Below, piece after piece: positions 6,110 to 14,643 of a DNA stretch of 41,474 nt (position 1 is the first letter of the stretch; the number at the start of each line of letters is the position of its first letter). Position numbers and translations under genes: made by a program. Below the pieces are notes generated by a model, which ran no database searches, was not told the DNA's origin, and saw only the letters and a program-made list of their open reading frames with translations. Origin of the DNA: a virus (lineage: Duplodnaviria; Caudoviricetes); IMG/VR virus record IMGVR_UViG_3300028585_000521, positions 1-41,474 of that record, one strand, 5' to 3'.

Positions 6110-8277
6110 CGGCCCTGCTCCGACAGGTTGACGCTGCCGATGCGAGCGAGGTCTTCGATCGCCGACCAGAACATCCGGACGTACATGTCACCCATCGGCA
6201 GACCTTCCCGGAACTCGGTGCCGGCCGGGTCACCGATCGCCTGATCCGACCAGGCATTCGGCTCCAGTTGAGTGAAGGCGACCCGCAGCTTGGCCAGCAC
6301 GCCAGCGACGGTGTTCGCTGAAGTGTTCAACAGCGTCTCGTCGTTGCCGTCGAGGCGGGCGAAGTAAGCGTTCTCGGCGTCGGCCGTCAGGATCACAGCG
6401 CGGTTCTCGACGAACTGGCGACGGCGGTCAGCAAAAGCGTCGAGCAGGATCCGATCGTCACCGTGAGGCCGACCGGCCGCCAAACTTGCCATATCTGCCA
6501 GCAGATTGGTCAGCGGGTCCGGCGGCACGTCGCTGAACATGTCGATCATGGCGCGCAACCTCGTGGTCACATCGTCAAGACCACGGAGCGGAAGCTCTGA
6601 TAGCGCGCAGAACGCGTCCATCTCACGCTTGACGAGCACGTCGACCTGCTCGTCAAACAGCCCCTTTGAGGTCAGGTCCTGACGAACGGACTGCCAATCG
6701 GCTTTCGCCTTCACCCATGCCCCGTGTGCGTCCGCCATCGGCTCGGGCAGCAGCCGGCGCGAGTCGGCGGCAACCGCAGCGATCACGTCTCCGTCGTTGC
6801 CCAGCTCGTCAGCACGGGTTGCCGCCAGCAGCGCGACCTTCACGCGGAACTCGGCCAGCGTCGGTGCCGGCGTTAGCATCAGTCGCACAGTGGCATCCGC
6901 ACTGGCGGAAACCACGCAGTCGAACTCGGCCTCTGGTTCTTCGGGGCAATCACGAAATGCTGCCGTCGCCCGATCGTATTCCGCGTGAGCCTTGTCCCAT
7001 TCGTACAGCGAGACCGCAGCGGGTTTGGCGGCTTCAGCGAACAGGGCCGCTAACGGCAGGCCGACGCTCTGCGTCCAATTGTTGCTCGGGCGAGACATCC
7101 ACCACGCTTTGGCCGCAACCTTGTTCAGCAAATGGGTCAGCGGCGACATCGTCAGGATGTCGTTGGCGAACCCGCCATCCAGCTTGGTTTCGCCGAAGCA
7201 GAGGCCCTCGCGATTGGCTTGGTCGATAGGACCGAACACCCCGCCCCGGTCAATCGACTCCACCATCGCGACATACGACTTGAGGCATATGTCGGAGACC
7301 GTCTCCGCCCCAACCTCGCTCAACGCGTGGAGGGCATCGTAGTGACGGGCAGCCTGCGCGTTGATCTCGTCGTCGGTGTCGCTGTTCGTCTCGGTGTTGA
7401 ACAGGATGCTGGTCTCGCACCAGCGTAGGAACGCGTCGTGCAGCGCGGGCGAGAGGTGGTGACGCGCCATCTTGATCAGATCGCGGGTCATCGCCTGAAG
7501 CGTCAGTTCGTCGAGCGTCTGATCCGCCTCGGGCACAGTCGCCAGCTTGTCGCGCATTGCGATTGCAGCGGGGCCGGCACTGGCGATGGGATCGTTAAGC
7601 AGGTGACCCGACGCTGTCTCTGTCACGACCGTCTCAAGGTCATCGATGATCGCCTGGGTAAAAACTTCCGTGATCAGTTTGCCGATGATCGGCTTCAATG
7701 CCGTGGTCGAGTTCGACAGACGCCAAGCACCGATCATCACATGATGGAGCCCAGCCACGATCGGGCTGGCCATGACGGCAGCGTTGTACGTTGAGCGGGC
7801 GAGGCCATCGACATACCGATTGTCGTCGTCGGCATTCGCTTCACGGATTGGGCCGAAGGCTGAGCTGTCGGTAGCTTCCAGCGACAAGAGGTAGCCGCTG
7901 AAGATGGCGTCATGCTCCCCTTCCGGCTGGGTTGCGTTCACACGATCCAGCGCTTGGGAAAGGGCGTCGAGCTGAGCTTCGCTTTTCGCGTTCGTGGCAC
8001 CCGAGGTGGAGATTAGTGAGGCTGCTTCCCCCCATTCCAAGAATGCTGCGTACATCGACTTCGAGAGCAGCGGCTTCGCTTGCGTGATTACATCCCTGAC
8101 CTGCTCACGGATCGCCAGTTCATCGAGCGTGACCTCTGGTATCCCGGCAGGCAGGTTGGCCAGAGCGCGCTCGACAGCCGCGGCGGCGACACCGTTCGAG
8201 AATGCTACGCCAATTTCCGGACGCGACGTCGCGGCCACCGGCGGGGTGTAGGGCTGATAGAGCGGCTGCGTTGCCAT
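6106..8277 (-). CDS. Large internally repeated helical protein, first gene downstream of PL
   Basis: ATG at 8277 with RBS GGGAG. Two ~200-aa repeats (TLDEL...AFLxW...FGPI.EA/QAN...SP) followed by three ~90-aa units. Confidence 0.8.
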   Translation of the reverse strand: MATQPLYQPYTPPVAATSRPEIGVAFSNGVAAAAVERALANLPAGIPEVTLDELAIREQVRDVITQAKPLLSKSMYAAFLEWGEAASLISTSGATNAKSEAQLDALSQALDRVNATQPEGEHDAIFSGYLLSLEATDSSAFGPIREANADDDNRYVDGLARSTYNAAVMASPIVAGLHHVMIGAWRLSNSTTALKPIIGKLITEVFTQAIIDDLETVVTETASGHLLNDPIASAGPAAIAMRDKLATVPEADQTLDELTLQAMTRDLIKMARHHLSPALHDAFLRWCETSILFNTETNSDTDDEINAQAARHYDALHALSEVGAETVSDICLKSYVAMVESIDRGGVFGPIDQANREGLCFGETKLDGGFANDILTMSPLTHLLNKVAAKAWWMSRPSNNWTQSVGLPLAALFAEAAKPAAVSLYEWDKAHAEYDRATAAFRDCPEEPEAEFDCVVSASADATVRLMLTPAPTLAEFRVKVALLAATRADELGNDGDVIAAVAADSRRLLPEPMADAHGAWVKAKADWQSVRQDLTSKGLFDEQVDVLVKREMDAFCALSELPLRGLDDVTTRLRAMIDMFSDVPPDPLTNLLADMASLAAGRPHGDDRILLDAFADRRRQFVENRAVILTADAENAYFARLDGNDETLLNTSANTVAGVLAKLRVAFTQLEPNAWSDQAIGDPAGTEFREGLPMGDMYVRMFWSAIEDLARIGSVNLSEQGR

Positions 8278-8344
8278 TAATGCATCTCCCACGTTGGTCG
8301 CAGGAGACGGGCGGAGGCTGCCGGGGCGAGCGCGCTATCTAGCC

Positions 8345-8367
8345 TGCGTCAGATCGCTTCTGACGCA
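8345..8367. repeat. 9-bp inverted repeat at the start of the PL transcript
   Basis: TGCGTCAGA-TCGCT-TCTGACGCA. Confidence 0.6.
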
Positions 8368-8399
8368 TAATACGTACGCATGATGCGTAGACCTGTCAA
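8367..8399 (-). promoter_or_regulatory. PL promoter with operator OL (TACGCATGATGCGTA, 8375-8389)
   Basis: Minus strand reads TTGACA-ggtc-TACGCATCATGCGTA-CGTATTAT. The same palindrome and layout occur at PR. Confidence 0.8.
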
Positions 8400-8405
8400 T
8401 GGGTA

Positions 8406-9146
8406 TCAAATGAGGACGTTGCCGAGCAACTCCTCTGCATGCATCACGCGCCGCGACACATCTACCTGACTCAACGGGATGGAGAAGCTGGTACCAGAGT
8501 ACTGCTCCAGCACCAGAAACTCCTGTTGAGCATCTGTCAGGCGCCCAAAAATAGATGGGTGCTTATACGAGTCCGATTCTTGGTGATCTTTTATAAATAC
8601 TAAGACGTCTTCACCTATTGATGCCGGCTTTCTACCGTCTGTGAAAACAATCTCCCCCGGATTGAAACGCGGACGCATTGATGCTCCTGCCATATAAAAG
8701 CCAATTACATCGCGCCTTTCAAGAACTGGAGGACAGCGCAAATTGTCGACTGGATCAGAAAAGTCCAGATAAAGACCTTCTACGAAGCTATTATTAATAG
8801 ATGGAAACGATATTTTCATTGTTGATGCATAATAGACTGGAATAATGCCCTTCATGTCCTTGCTTGCTTGCATCGGAACGAGCACCGGCCTGATTCCAGC
8901 TTGATCGGCGGCTGCTGTCAGCGCCATGATCTCGTACTGCGAAATTTCTGGCTCTCCAGCGCCTTCCATCGCCTCAGCCAATTTCTGTGCGGTCCTATAA
9001 TCCAAGACTTCTGGATCGTACGCTGGATTGAAATATCTCTGCAGAGAGGACGCACCCTTGTAGCCCGCTAGTCGAGCTATCTCCGCCAAGGAGAGCTCAC
9101 TCCGGTTTTTTAGGTCGAGGAGCTGATCGCCAATTGTCTTACGCAT
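8406..9146 (-). CDS. cI: CI-like repressor (N-terminal HTH plus S24 peptidase-like domain)
   Basis: HTH LSLAEIARLAGYKGASSLQRYF; S24 motif GASMRPRFNPGE; divergent from a cro-like gene; AT-rich relative to its neighbours. Confidence 0.88.
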   Translation of the reverse strand: MRKTIGDQLLDLKNRSELSLAEIARLAGYKGASSLQRYFNPAYDPEVLDYRTAQKLAEAMEGAGEPEISQYEIMALTAAADQAGIRPVLVPMQASKDMKGIIPVYYASTMKISFPSINNSFVEGLYLDFSDPVDNLRCPPVLERRDVIGFYMAGASMRPRFNPGEIVFTDGRKPASIGEDVLVFIKDHQESDSYKHPSIFGRLTDAQQEFLVLEQYSGTSFSIPLSQVDVSRRVMHAEELLGNVLI

Positions 9147-9183
9147 GCCCCTATATCACCCAATCATACCGACGCGTTCTACG

Positions 9184-9217
9184 TTGACATATTACGCACT
9201 GTGCGTACGTATATAGA
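9184..9217 (+). promoter_or_regulatory. PR promoter with operator OR (TACGCACTGTGCGTA, 9193-9207)
   Basis: TTGACA at 9184-9189, then a perfect 15-bp palindrome and CGTATATAGA directly before the cro ATG, so the mRNA is probably leaderless. A weaker site lies at 9171-9185. Confidence 0.8.
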
Positions 9218-9442
9218 ATGGCTATCACAAACGTAATCACGGCACTGGGCGGAGTGCATCGGCTGGCCAAGTTGCTGGGGCATCGCAACCACACCACAGT
9301 CCAAGGGTGGTGGGAACGTGGGGTCATTCCAGCGCGGCAACAAGCAGCGGTACTCGACGTGGCCCGGAGGGCAGAAGTAGACATTGAGCCTGCTGATCTC
9401 ATCCCAGGCCTTACCGTCCCTGTCGGGCGAGAAGCAGCATGA
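9218..9442 (+). CDS. cro: Cro-like HTH protein (YdaS/carph-isopro type)
   Basis: ALGGVHRLAKLLGH...TTVQGWWERGVIP; 74 aa; divergent from cI. Confidence 0.85.
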   Translation: MAITNVITALGGVHRLAKLLGHRNHTTVQGWWERGVIPARQQAAVLDVARRAEVDIEPADLIPGLTVPVGREAA

Positions 9443-10023
9443 CGCATATCTTTACCCCCGCCCAGTCCGCTGAGATCGATGATCGCATCGTCGAGATGAT
9501 CGTCGCCATCATGGGCGAGGGTCAGTACTCGCGAGCCTGTCGCGCGATCGCCAACGAGCGCTATCTCGACCGTCAAGCCGAAGATGATGGCGACGATGTT
9601 CTGCCTGCAAACGTCCAGCCGATCGCGACCGCCCCGCAGGACCGCTTTCTCCTCGCCTACTGCCCCGACGCCCCCCGCTGTGACACGTGGCCCACGGCTC
9701 CGTGGATCATCGCGAAGTGGCATGACGACACCGACGCGTGGCGCGACGAGGACGGCATCCAAGTGCAGCCGACCGGCTGGCTGGCGCTGAGCGACCAGAA
9801 CCTGAGGCTCCTGTCTCCCGAAGACAGTGGTCGTCCAGAACAAGCTTTGCCTTCCGAAGGCAGGGCCCGCCTGCAGACCGTACGACTGGAATGTCTGAAG
9901 CTCGCCCTGAAGCACGACGCCACGAACATTCGGCGCGCCATCGATCTGGCGGCAGAGTTCGAAAGACAGGTGCAGACGGGGTTTCGAGTGTCGGACGTCA
10001 CCCCATCGGCCGGGCCGGCATAG
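9439..10023 (+). CDS. Hypothetical phage protein with a DUF551-like segment
   Basis: QPIATAPQD...QPTGWLAL resembles WQPIETAP...PTHWMPL; ATGA-coupled to cro. Confidence 0.65.
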   Translation: MTHIFTPAQSAEIDDRIVEMIVAIMGEGQYSRACRAIANERYLDRQAEDDGDDVLPANVQPIATAPQDRFLLAYCPDAPRCDTWPTAPWIIAKWHDDTDAWRDEDGIQVQPTGWLALSDQNLRLLSPEDSGRPEQALPSEGRARLQTVRLECLKLALKHDATNIRRAIDLAAEFERQVQTGFRVSDVTPSAGPA

Positions 10024-10027
10024 GATG

Positions 10028-10231
10028 TCAGCTGTCCTTGCGCATACCGGCGAGCCAAGCATCGGTGGACTCCTGCGCCTCGGCGGCAGCCACTTCGCGC
10101 ATCTTGGCAAGCAGGTAGCGGTAGTCGTTGAACAGACGATCGGCATCTCTGCGTCGCACCGCCTGATCTTCGCCTTGAACGGCCACGGCCAGTGTCGCGG
10201 CAACAAGGGCGTCCGGAGTGTCGTTGGCCAT
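10028..10231 (-). CDS. Hypothetical protein, antisense to the early-right operon
   Basis: 67-aa helical-looking sequence; RBS GAAGAGG upstream of the ATG. Confidence 0.55.
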   Translation of the reverse strand: MANDTPDALVAATLAVAVQGEDQAVRRRDADRLFNDYRYLLAKMREVAAAEAQESTDAWLAGMRKDS

Positions 10232-10510
10232 GACTCAACCTCTTCGTTGGTGTGTGGAAGCACGACGATAGCCGGAAGGGGGGAGGCAACAAGCCTCTCC
10301 CCCGATGGCCAAGGGGGCAAGCTGGTTGCTGATCGCCTCCACCGTTCTGTGTGTGCGGCTATTCCGGCTGGCGATGATCGGCTGGAAAGTGCATCCGACA
10401 AGCAACATCCGCCGGTCGGGCTACCCCTCCCTTTGCTTGGCCTTACCCGCACCCCTCCCAGCGGGGCGGATGCCGGGGTGACTGCTGCCTCATGGCCGGT
10501 CACCCCACCC

Positions 10511-10744
10511 TTAGTCATTGCTGGCCACCGTGCAGCGCATGACCTCCACGAACTCCGCCATCAGCACCTCCGGATAACCGGTCAGCGTCATGGCGTTGAG
10601 ATAATCCAGCCTGTCCAAGAAGCCGTGGGTGATCTCATTAGAGACGCCGCCCGCGCGCATCGCATCGATCATCGCCGCCAGCATGTTCGCGATTGCCGTG
10701 ACCGTCACCCGGTTCTCGCGTCGCGCCTGTTTGTCTTTCGCCAT
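10511..10744 (-). CDS. Hypothetical protein, antisense to the early-right operon
   Basis: 77 aa of amphipathic helices with high-GC3 codons; no clear RBS. Confidence 0.55.
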   Translation of the reverse strand: MAKDKQARRENRVTVTAIANMLAAMIDAMRAGGVSNEITHGFLDRLDYLNAMTLTGYPEVLMAEFVEVMRCTVASND

Positions 10745-10761
10745 GACGGAGCTTGTGCCGC

Positions 10762-11229
10762 ATGAACGCCCCTCACCTCCACGGACGCCGCCGCACGTTT
10801 TCCGCGTCAGCCGCGGTCGATGCGCAGAACGCCGTCATCACGTCGATCAAGACCGACGACGCCGCGACCTGGGCGGATATCGGCCGCGTGTTCGGCAAGT
10901 CCGACGACCGCGCCGCCGCCTATGCCAACACTGCATCGCCGATCGATCTGCCAACGTTCCTCGCCGGGTGTCATGAATGGGGCGGCCGCTTCGCCGACCC
11001 GCTGTTGGCGCTGGTCGGCGGGCGCTGGGCCGATGCCGGGTCGATCTGCACCGGCGACGATTCCGCCTCCCTCACCCTTGCCAGTCTGCTGCCCGCGATC
11101 ATCGCGGCTGAACTGGATGGGGTGACGACCGCGACCGAGCTGGCGCCGCAAGAGGCGCTGATTCGCCGTGCCCATCAGGTGACGGGCATGTGGCTCGAGA
11201 TGATCGCTGACGAAAAGGGCCGCAGCTAA
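10762..11229 (+). CDS. CII-like HTH regulator
   Basis: HTH-like ATWADIGRVFGKSDDRAAAY; lies between cro and the replication genes. Confidence 0.55.
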   Translation: MNAPHLHGRRRTFSASAAVDAQNAVITSIKTDDAATWADIGRVFGKSDDRAAAYANTASPIDLPTFLAGCHEWGGRFADPLLALVGGRWADAGSICTGDDSASLTLASLLPAIIAAELDGVTTATELAPQEALIRRAHQVTGMWLEMIADEKGRS

Positions 11230-12200
11230 TGGCCTGGACTGCCGAACAGCAGGCGGCACGTCGCGCGCTGATCAACGAGATCAAGCAGCGGCACCGGATC
11301 AGCGACGTGATCGGCACCAAGACGAAGCTAAAGCGCGCTGGCCGCGAGATGGTCGGCCTATGCTTCGTTCATCAGGAGAAGACCGGCAGCCTGTCGGTCA
11401 ACGACGATCTCGGCGTCTATCTGTGCCGTGGATGCGGCACAACGGGCGATCTGTTCAGCGCATACATGGAAATCCACGGGTGCGATTTCGGCACTGCTTT
11501 GCGGGAGTTGGGTAGCGGCATCCTGCCCAGCGTTGATCCGTCCAGACGGATCAAGGCCATCGCTCGCGATGAAGCCGAACGCGACCAGCGAACGGATACG
11601 GCGGCCGACGTCTGGAAGGCCTCGACGGCGCTGTCCGGCACGATCGGCGAGACCTACCTCAACACCCGCGGCATCAGGTCGTGGCATCACACCATTCGTT
11701 TTGCTCGAACATGGACGTGGTGTGATCACGAAACCGGTGAGACGAGCGCCGACTTCCCCGCTGTCATCGGCTACGTCACCGACGGCGCTGGTGAGTTCAC
11801 CGGTATCCAACGCATCTTCCTACGCCCCGACGGTACCGGCAAGGCGGCTATGAAGCGTCCCAAGCTCAGCCTCGGTCGCGTCCGAGGCGGTGCTTTGCGT
11901 CTCGGTCCGCCCGCACCCGAGATTCTGATCTGCGAGGGGCCGGAAGATGGATTGAGCCTAGCGCAAGAATTGCCCGGTTCATCCGTATGGGTGAGCCTCG
12001 GCACATCCAACATGGCGGCCATCCGCTACCCGGAGATCGTCAGCAAGATCGTTATCTGCGCGCAGAACGATGCCGCGGCGGAGCGTGCGACAATCGCCGC
12101 AGCCACCAGCCTCATGGAGCAGGGATATCTCGTCGATGTCCGTTGCCCCGACCCCCGTTTTAAGGACTGGAACGACCAGATGATGGGACGCGAGCTATGA
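11229..12200 (+). CDS. Primase-like protein (CHC2 zinc finger plus Toprim)
   Basis: GLCFVHQEKTGS...YLCRGCG; Toprim ICEGPEDGLS...AQND...KDWND. Confidence 0.88.
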   Translation: MAWTAEQQAARRALINEIKQRHRISDVIGTKTKLKRAGREMVGLCFVHQEKTGSLSVNDDLGVYLCRGCGTTGDLFSAYMEIHGCDFGTALRELGSGILPSVDPSRRIKAIARDEAERDQRTDTAADVWKASTALSGTIGETYLNTRGIRSWHHTIRFARTWTWCDHETGETSADFPAVIGYVTDGAGEFTGIQRIFLRPDGTGKAAMKRPKLSLGRVRGGALRLGPPAPEILICEGPEDGLSLAQELPGSSVWVSLGTSNMAAIRYPEIVSKIVICAQNDAAAERATIAAATSLMEQGYLVDVRCPDPRFKDWNDQMMGREL

Positions 12201-13687
12201 GCGGCGCCTTTGACGACCAGTTCGCCGGCGATGCACGCGCGCGAATCCCCGGCCAGCCTGATCCCGGCGTCATCGCCGCCTGTGCCGACCAGCCGGCGGA
12301 AGCCGCCGTCATCGGGGCGCTGCTGCGTGACGAGAAGCTGATCGATCGCGCGGCCGACCGGCTGCAGCCCGAGGATTTCTCTGACCACCTGCTCGGGGAG
12401 GTGTTCGCCGTTATCACTTCGAGTTGGGGACAAGGTACTGCCCCTCGGCCAATCCCGGTCGCGCATCGCTTTCTCAACAACGAGGAGATGGTCGGTCGCG
12501 GTGGCGCCAAATATCTGGCGCAGCTGGCCGCCTCCGATCGTGCCGGCATCGGCATCGAGTACGTCGACCATCTCGCCGACCTCGCCCGCCGCCGGCTGCT
12601 TGCCCGCGCGTTGACCGAGGTCAGGCCCACGATCGGCGATACGTCGGTTGGTCTGGAGGAGATCGCCAGCACGATCGAGACGGGGTTATCTCAGACCCTG
12701 CTGCGGTCCAGCGCAACGCCCGCCATCGGCATCGCACAGGCTTGGCGCGACGCGATCAAGCACATTGAGGCCGTCGCGGCCGGCACCCAGGAGACGGGGC
12801 TCAAGATCGGTGGCCTGCCGGAGTGGAACGACATCGTCGGCGGCGGCCTGTTTCCCGGTCAGCTGATCCTCCTTGGTGGCCGGCCGGGCATGGGCAAGAC
12901 GGCGCTCGCCCTCGCGATCGCGCGTCTCGCCGCCAAAACGGGTGCTGGCGTCCTCTTCATCTCCCGCGAGATGCCCGTCGATCAGCTGATGAAGCGTATT
13001 GTCGCAGATATGCTGTTCGAGGCGGGATCGTCAGCGACGCTCGACGACGTCATCAAGGGCAAGCTGCACGGCAACGACTTTCGTCGATGCGCCGAGATCG
13101 AGGCCATGCTGGAAAGCTGGTCGCTGATGTTCGAACAACCGGCCGCGCTCAATGGCGCTCAGGTCGGGATGCTGGTGCGCCGTCATCAGCGCGAGATGGC
13201 GCAACGCGGCGCCAAGCTCGGTCTCGTCGTCGTGGATTACCTTGGCCTCCTCGATCCGGTGAAGAGCCGCGGCAACCGCGAACAAGAGATGAGTGATATC
13301 TCACGCGAGATGAAGGGCATCGCCCGCAGCAGTGGTGTGCCCATGCTTGCGTTGGCGCAGCTGAATCGTGCTGTGGAACAGCGCGAGGACAAGCGGCCAA
13401 TGCTGTCCGACCTGCGCGACTCGGGGTCATTGGAGCAGGATGCCGACACCGTCGTATTCGCCTACCGCGCCGAGTATTACCTCCGGCAGACCGAGCCCGA
13501 CGCGAACGACACCAAGCGCCGCGATGCGTGGCAGCTCGAGATGGACGTCGAGCGCGACCGCCTTGAAATCTATTCTGCCAAGGTCCGCCAGGGCGAGCCG
13601 CAGCGCCGCAAGATCTATTTCTTCGGCAAGCATCAGGCGGTGCGTGACACCCAGCATTTCCGCTTCGGCGGCACGAGGCCAGCATGA
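12197..13687 (+). CDS. dnaB: Replicative DNA helicase, DnaB family
   Basis: GGRPGMGKT, VVDYLGL, AQLNRAVEQREDKRPMLSDLRDSGSLEQDAD. Confidence 0.95.
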   Translation: MSGAFDDQFAGDARARIPGQPDPGVIAACADQPAEAAVIGALLRDEKLIDRAADRLQPEDFSDHLLGEVFAVITSSWGQGTAPRPIPVAHRFLNNEEMVGRGGAKYLAQLAASDRAGIGIEYVDHLADLARRRLLARALTEVRPTIGDTSVGLEEIASTIETGLSQTLLRSSATPAIGIAQAWRDAIKHIEAVAAGTQETGLKIGGLPEWNDIVGGGLFPGQLILLGGRPGMGKTALALAIARLAAKTGAGVLFISREMPVDQLMKRIVADMLFEAGSSATLDDVIKGKLHGNDFRRCAEIEAMLESWSLMFEQPAALNGAQVGMLVRRHQREMAQRGAKLGLVVVDYLGLLDPVKSRGNREQEMSDISREMKGIARSSGVPMLALAQLNRAVEQREDKRPMLSDLRDSGSLEQDADTVVFAYRAEYYLRQTEPDANDTKRRDAWQLEMDVERDRLEIYSAKVRQGEPQRRKIYFFGKHQAVRDTQHFRFGGTRPA

Positions 13688-14643
13688 GCCGCATCCGCTC
13701 CATCCATCCCGGTCAATGGACCGACGAGGACTTCGTCGAGTGCGGCATGGCCGCCCGCCTGCTGGTCATCGGGCTTCGCAACGAGGCCGATGACAATGGC
13801 GTGTTCGAATGGAAGCCTACCCGCCTCAAGATGCGGCTGTTTCCTGCCGACGACGTCGACGTGCCAGCGTTGCTGGCGGAGGCGGAGGCGTGCAATCAAG
13901 TGCGTCAATTCGAGGTCGACGGCCGAAGGTACGGTGCGATCCGCAACTTCCGTGCCTTCCAGAACCCGCGTTCGCCGTCATGCCAGCATCCGACGACACC
14001 GGCTATCGAGCAGTTCCTCGGCCGTCGGGAAAATGGCGGCACGGAGGAAAAGCGCGGGCCTGGACGCCCCCGAAAGGCGCAGGCAGCGGAAACCCCGGAT
14101 GATGAACCTGAGCAATTTCCACAAAGTGCGGAAATTAATTCCCTGATGGAGAGGGAGAGGGAGAAGGAAGATAGTCCTTCGGACTCGTCAGCCAGCGAGC
14201 TGGCCGACGGGAGCGCTGACGGCAAAAAGGATGAGCCACGGGGTGAGCTGATTGTCTTCCCAGTGGCCGGTGCCGCCACGGATCCGGTCGTAACCGCGTT
14301 CGAGGATTACCAAGCGCTTCGGCGTGACCTGGTCCCTGGCTGCCGCCCACTGGAACTGAACTCTGGCCGCCGGAAAAAACTGGCCGGTCGCCTTCGTGAC
14401 GTCGGCGGACTGGCGGGATGGGTCAGCGTAATGGCCCGCATCCGCGGATCGCCGTTCCTCCGGGGTGAGACATCCCGCAACGGCTTCGTCGCGATCGACT
14501 GGCTGCTCGAACCAAAGAACCTCCTGAAAGTCACCGAGGGAAATTACGATGAACGACCTCATGCCGGCGGCGCCAGGAAGCATGCTGCCACCACCACCGT
14601 CGACGCCGTCCGTGCCGCCCGAGCTGCTGTCGGCCTTGGTTGA
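13684..14643 (+). CDS. Phage replication initiator / replisome organizer
   Basis: N-terminal RIRSIHPGQWTDE...RLLVIGLRNEADDNG, a charged linker, and C-terminal SPFLRG...IDWLL...KVTEGNY are typical of phage O-like proteins. Confidence 0.75.
   Translation: MSRIRSIHPGQWTDEDFVECGMAARLLVIGLRNEADDNGVFEWKPTRLKMRLFPADDVDVPALLAEAEACNQVRQFEVDGRRYGAIRNFRAFQNPRSPSCQHPTTPAIEQFLGRRENGGTEEKRGPGRPRKAQAAETPDDEPEQFPQSAEINSLMEREREKEDSPSDSSASELADGSADGKKDEPRGELIVFPVAGAATDPVVTAFEDYQALRRDLVPGCRPLELNSGRRKKLAGRLRDVGGLAGWVSVMARIRGSPFLRGETSRNGFVAIDWLLEPKNLLKVTEGNYDERPHAGGARKHAATTTVDAVRAARAAVGLG

Noticed and set aside
9151-10518. 455-aa minus-strand ORF
   Set aside because: It crosses cro and the PR promoter, so it is a high-GC shadow frame.
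14148-14168. GGAGAG-type repeats in the initiator gene as possible origin iterons
   Set aside because: They are explained by the EREREKE coding sequence; no clear iteron array was seen.
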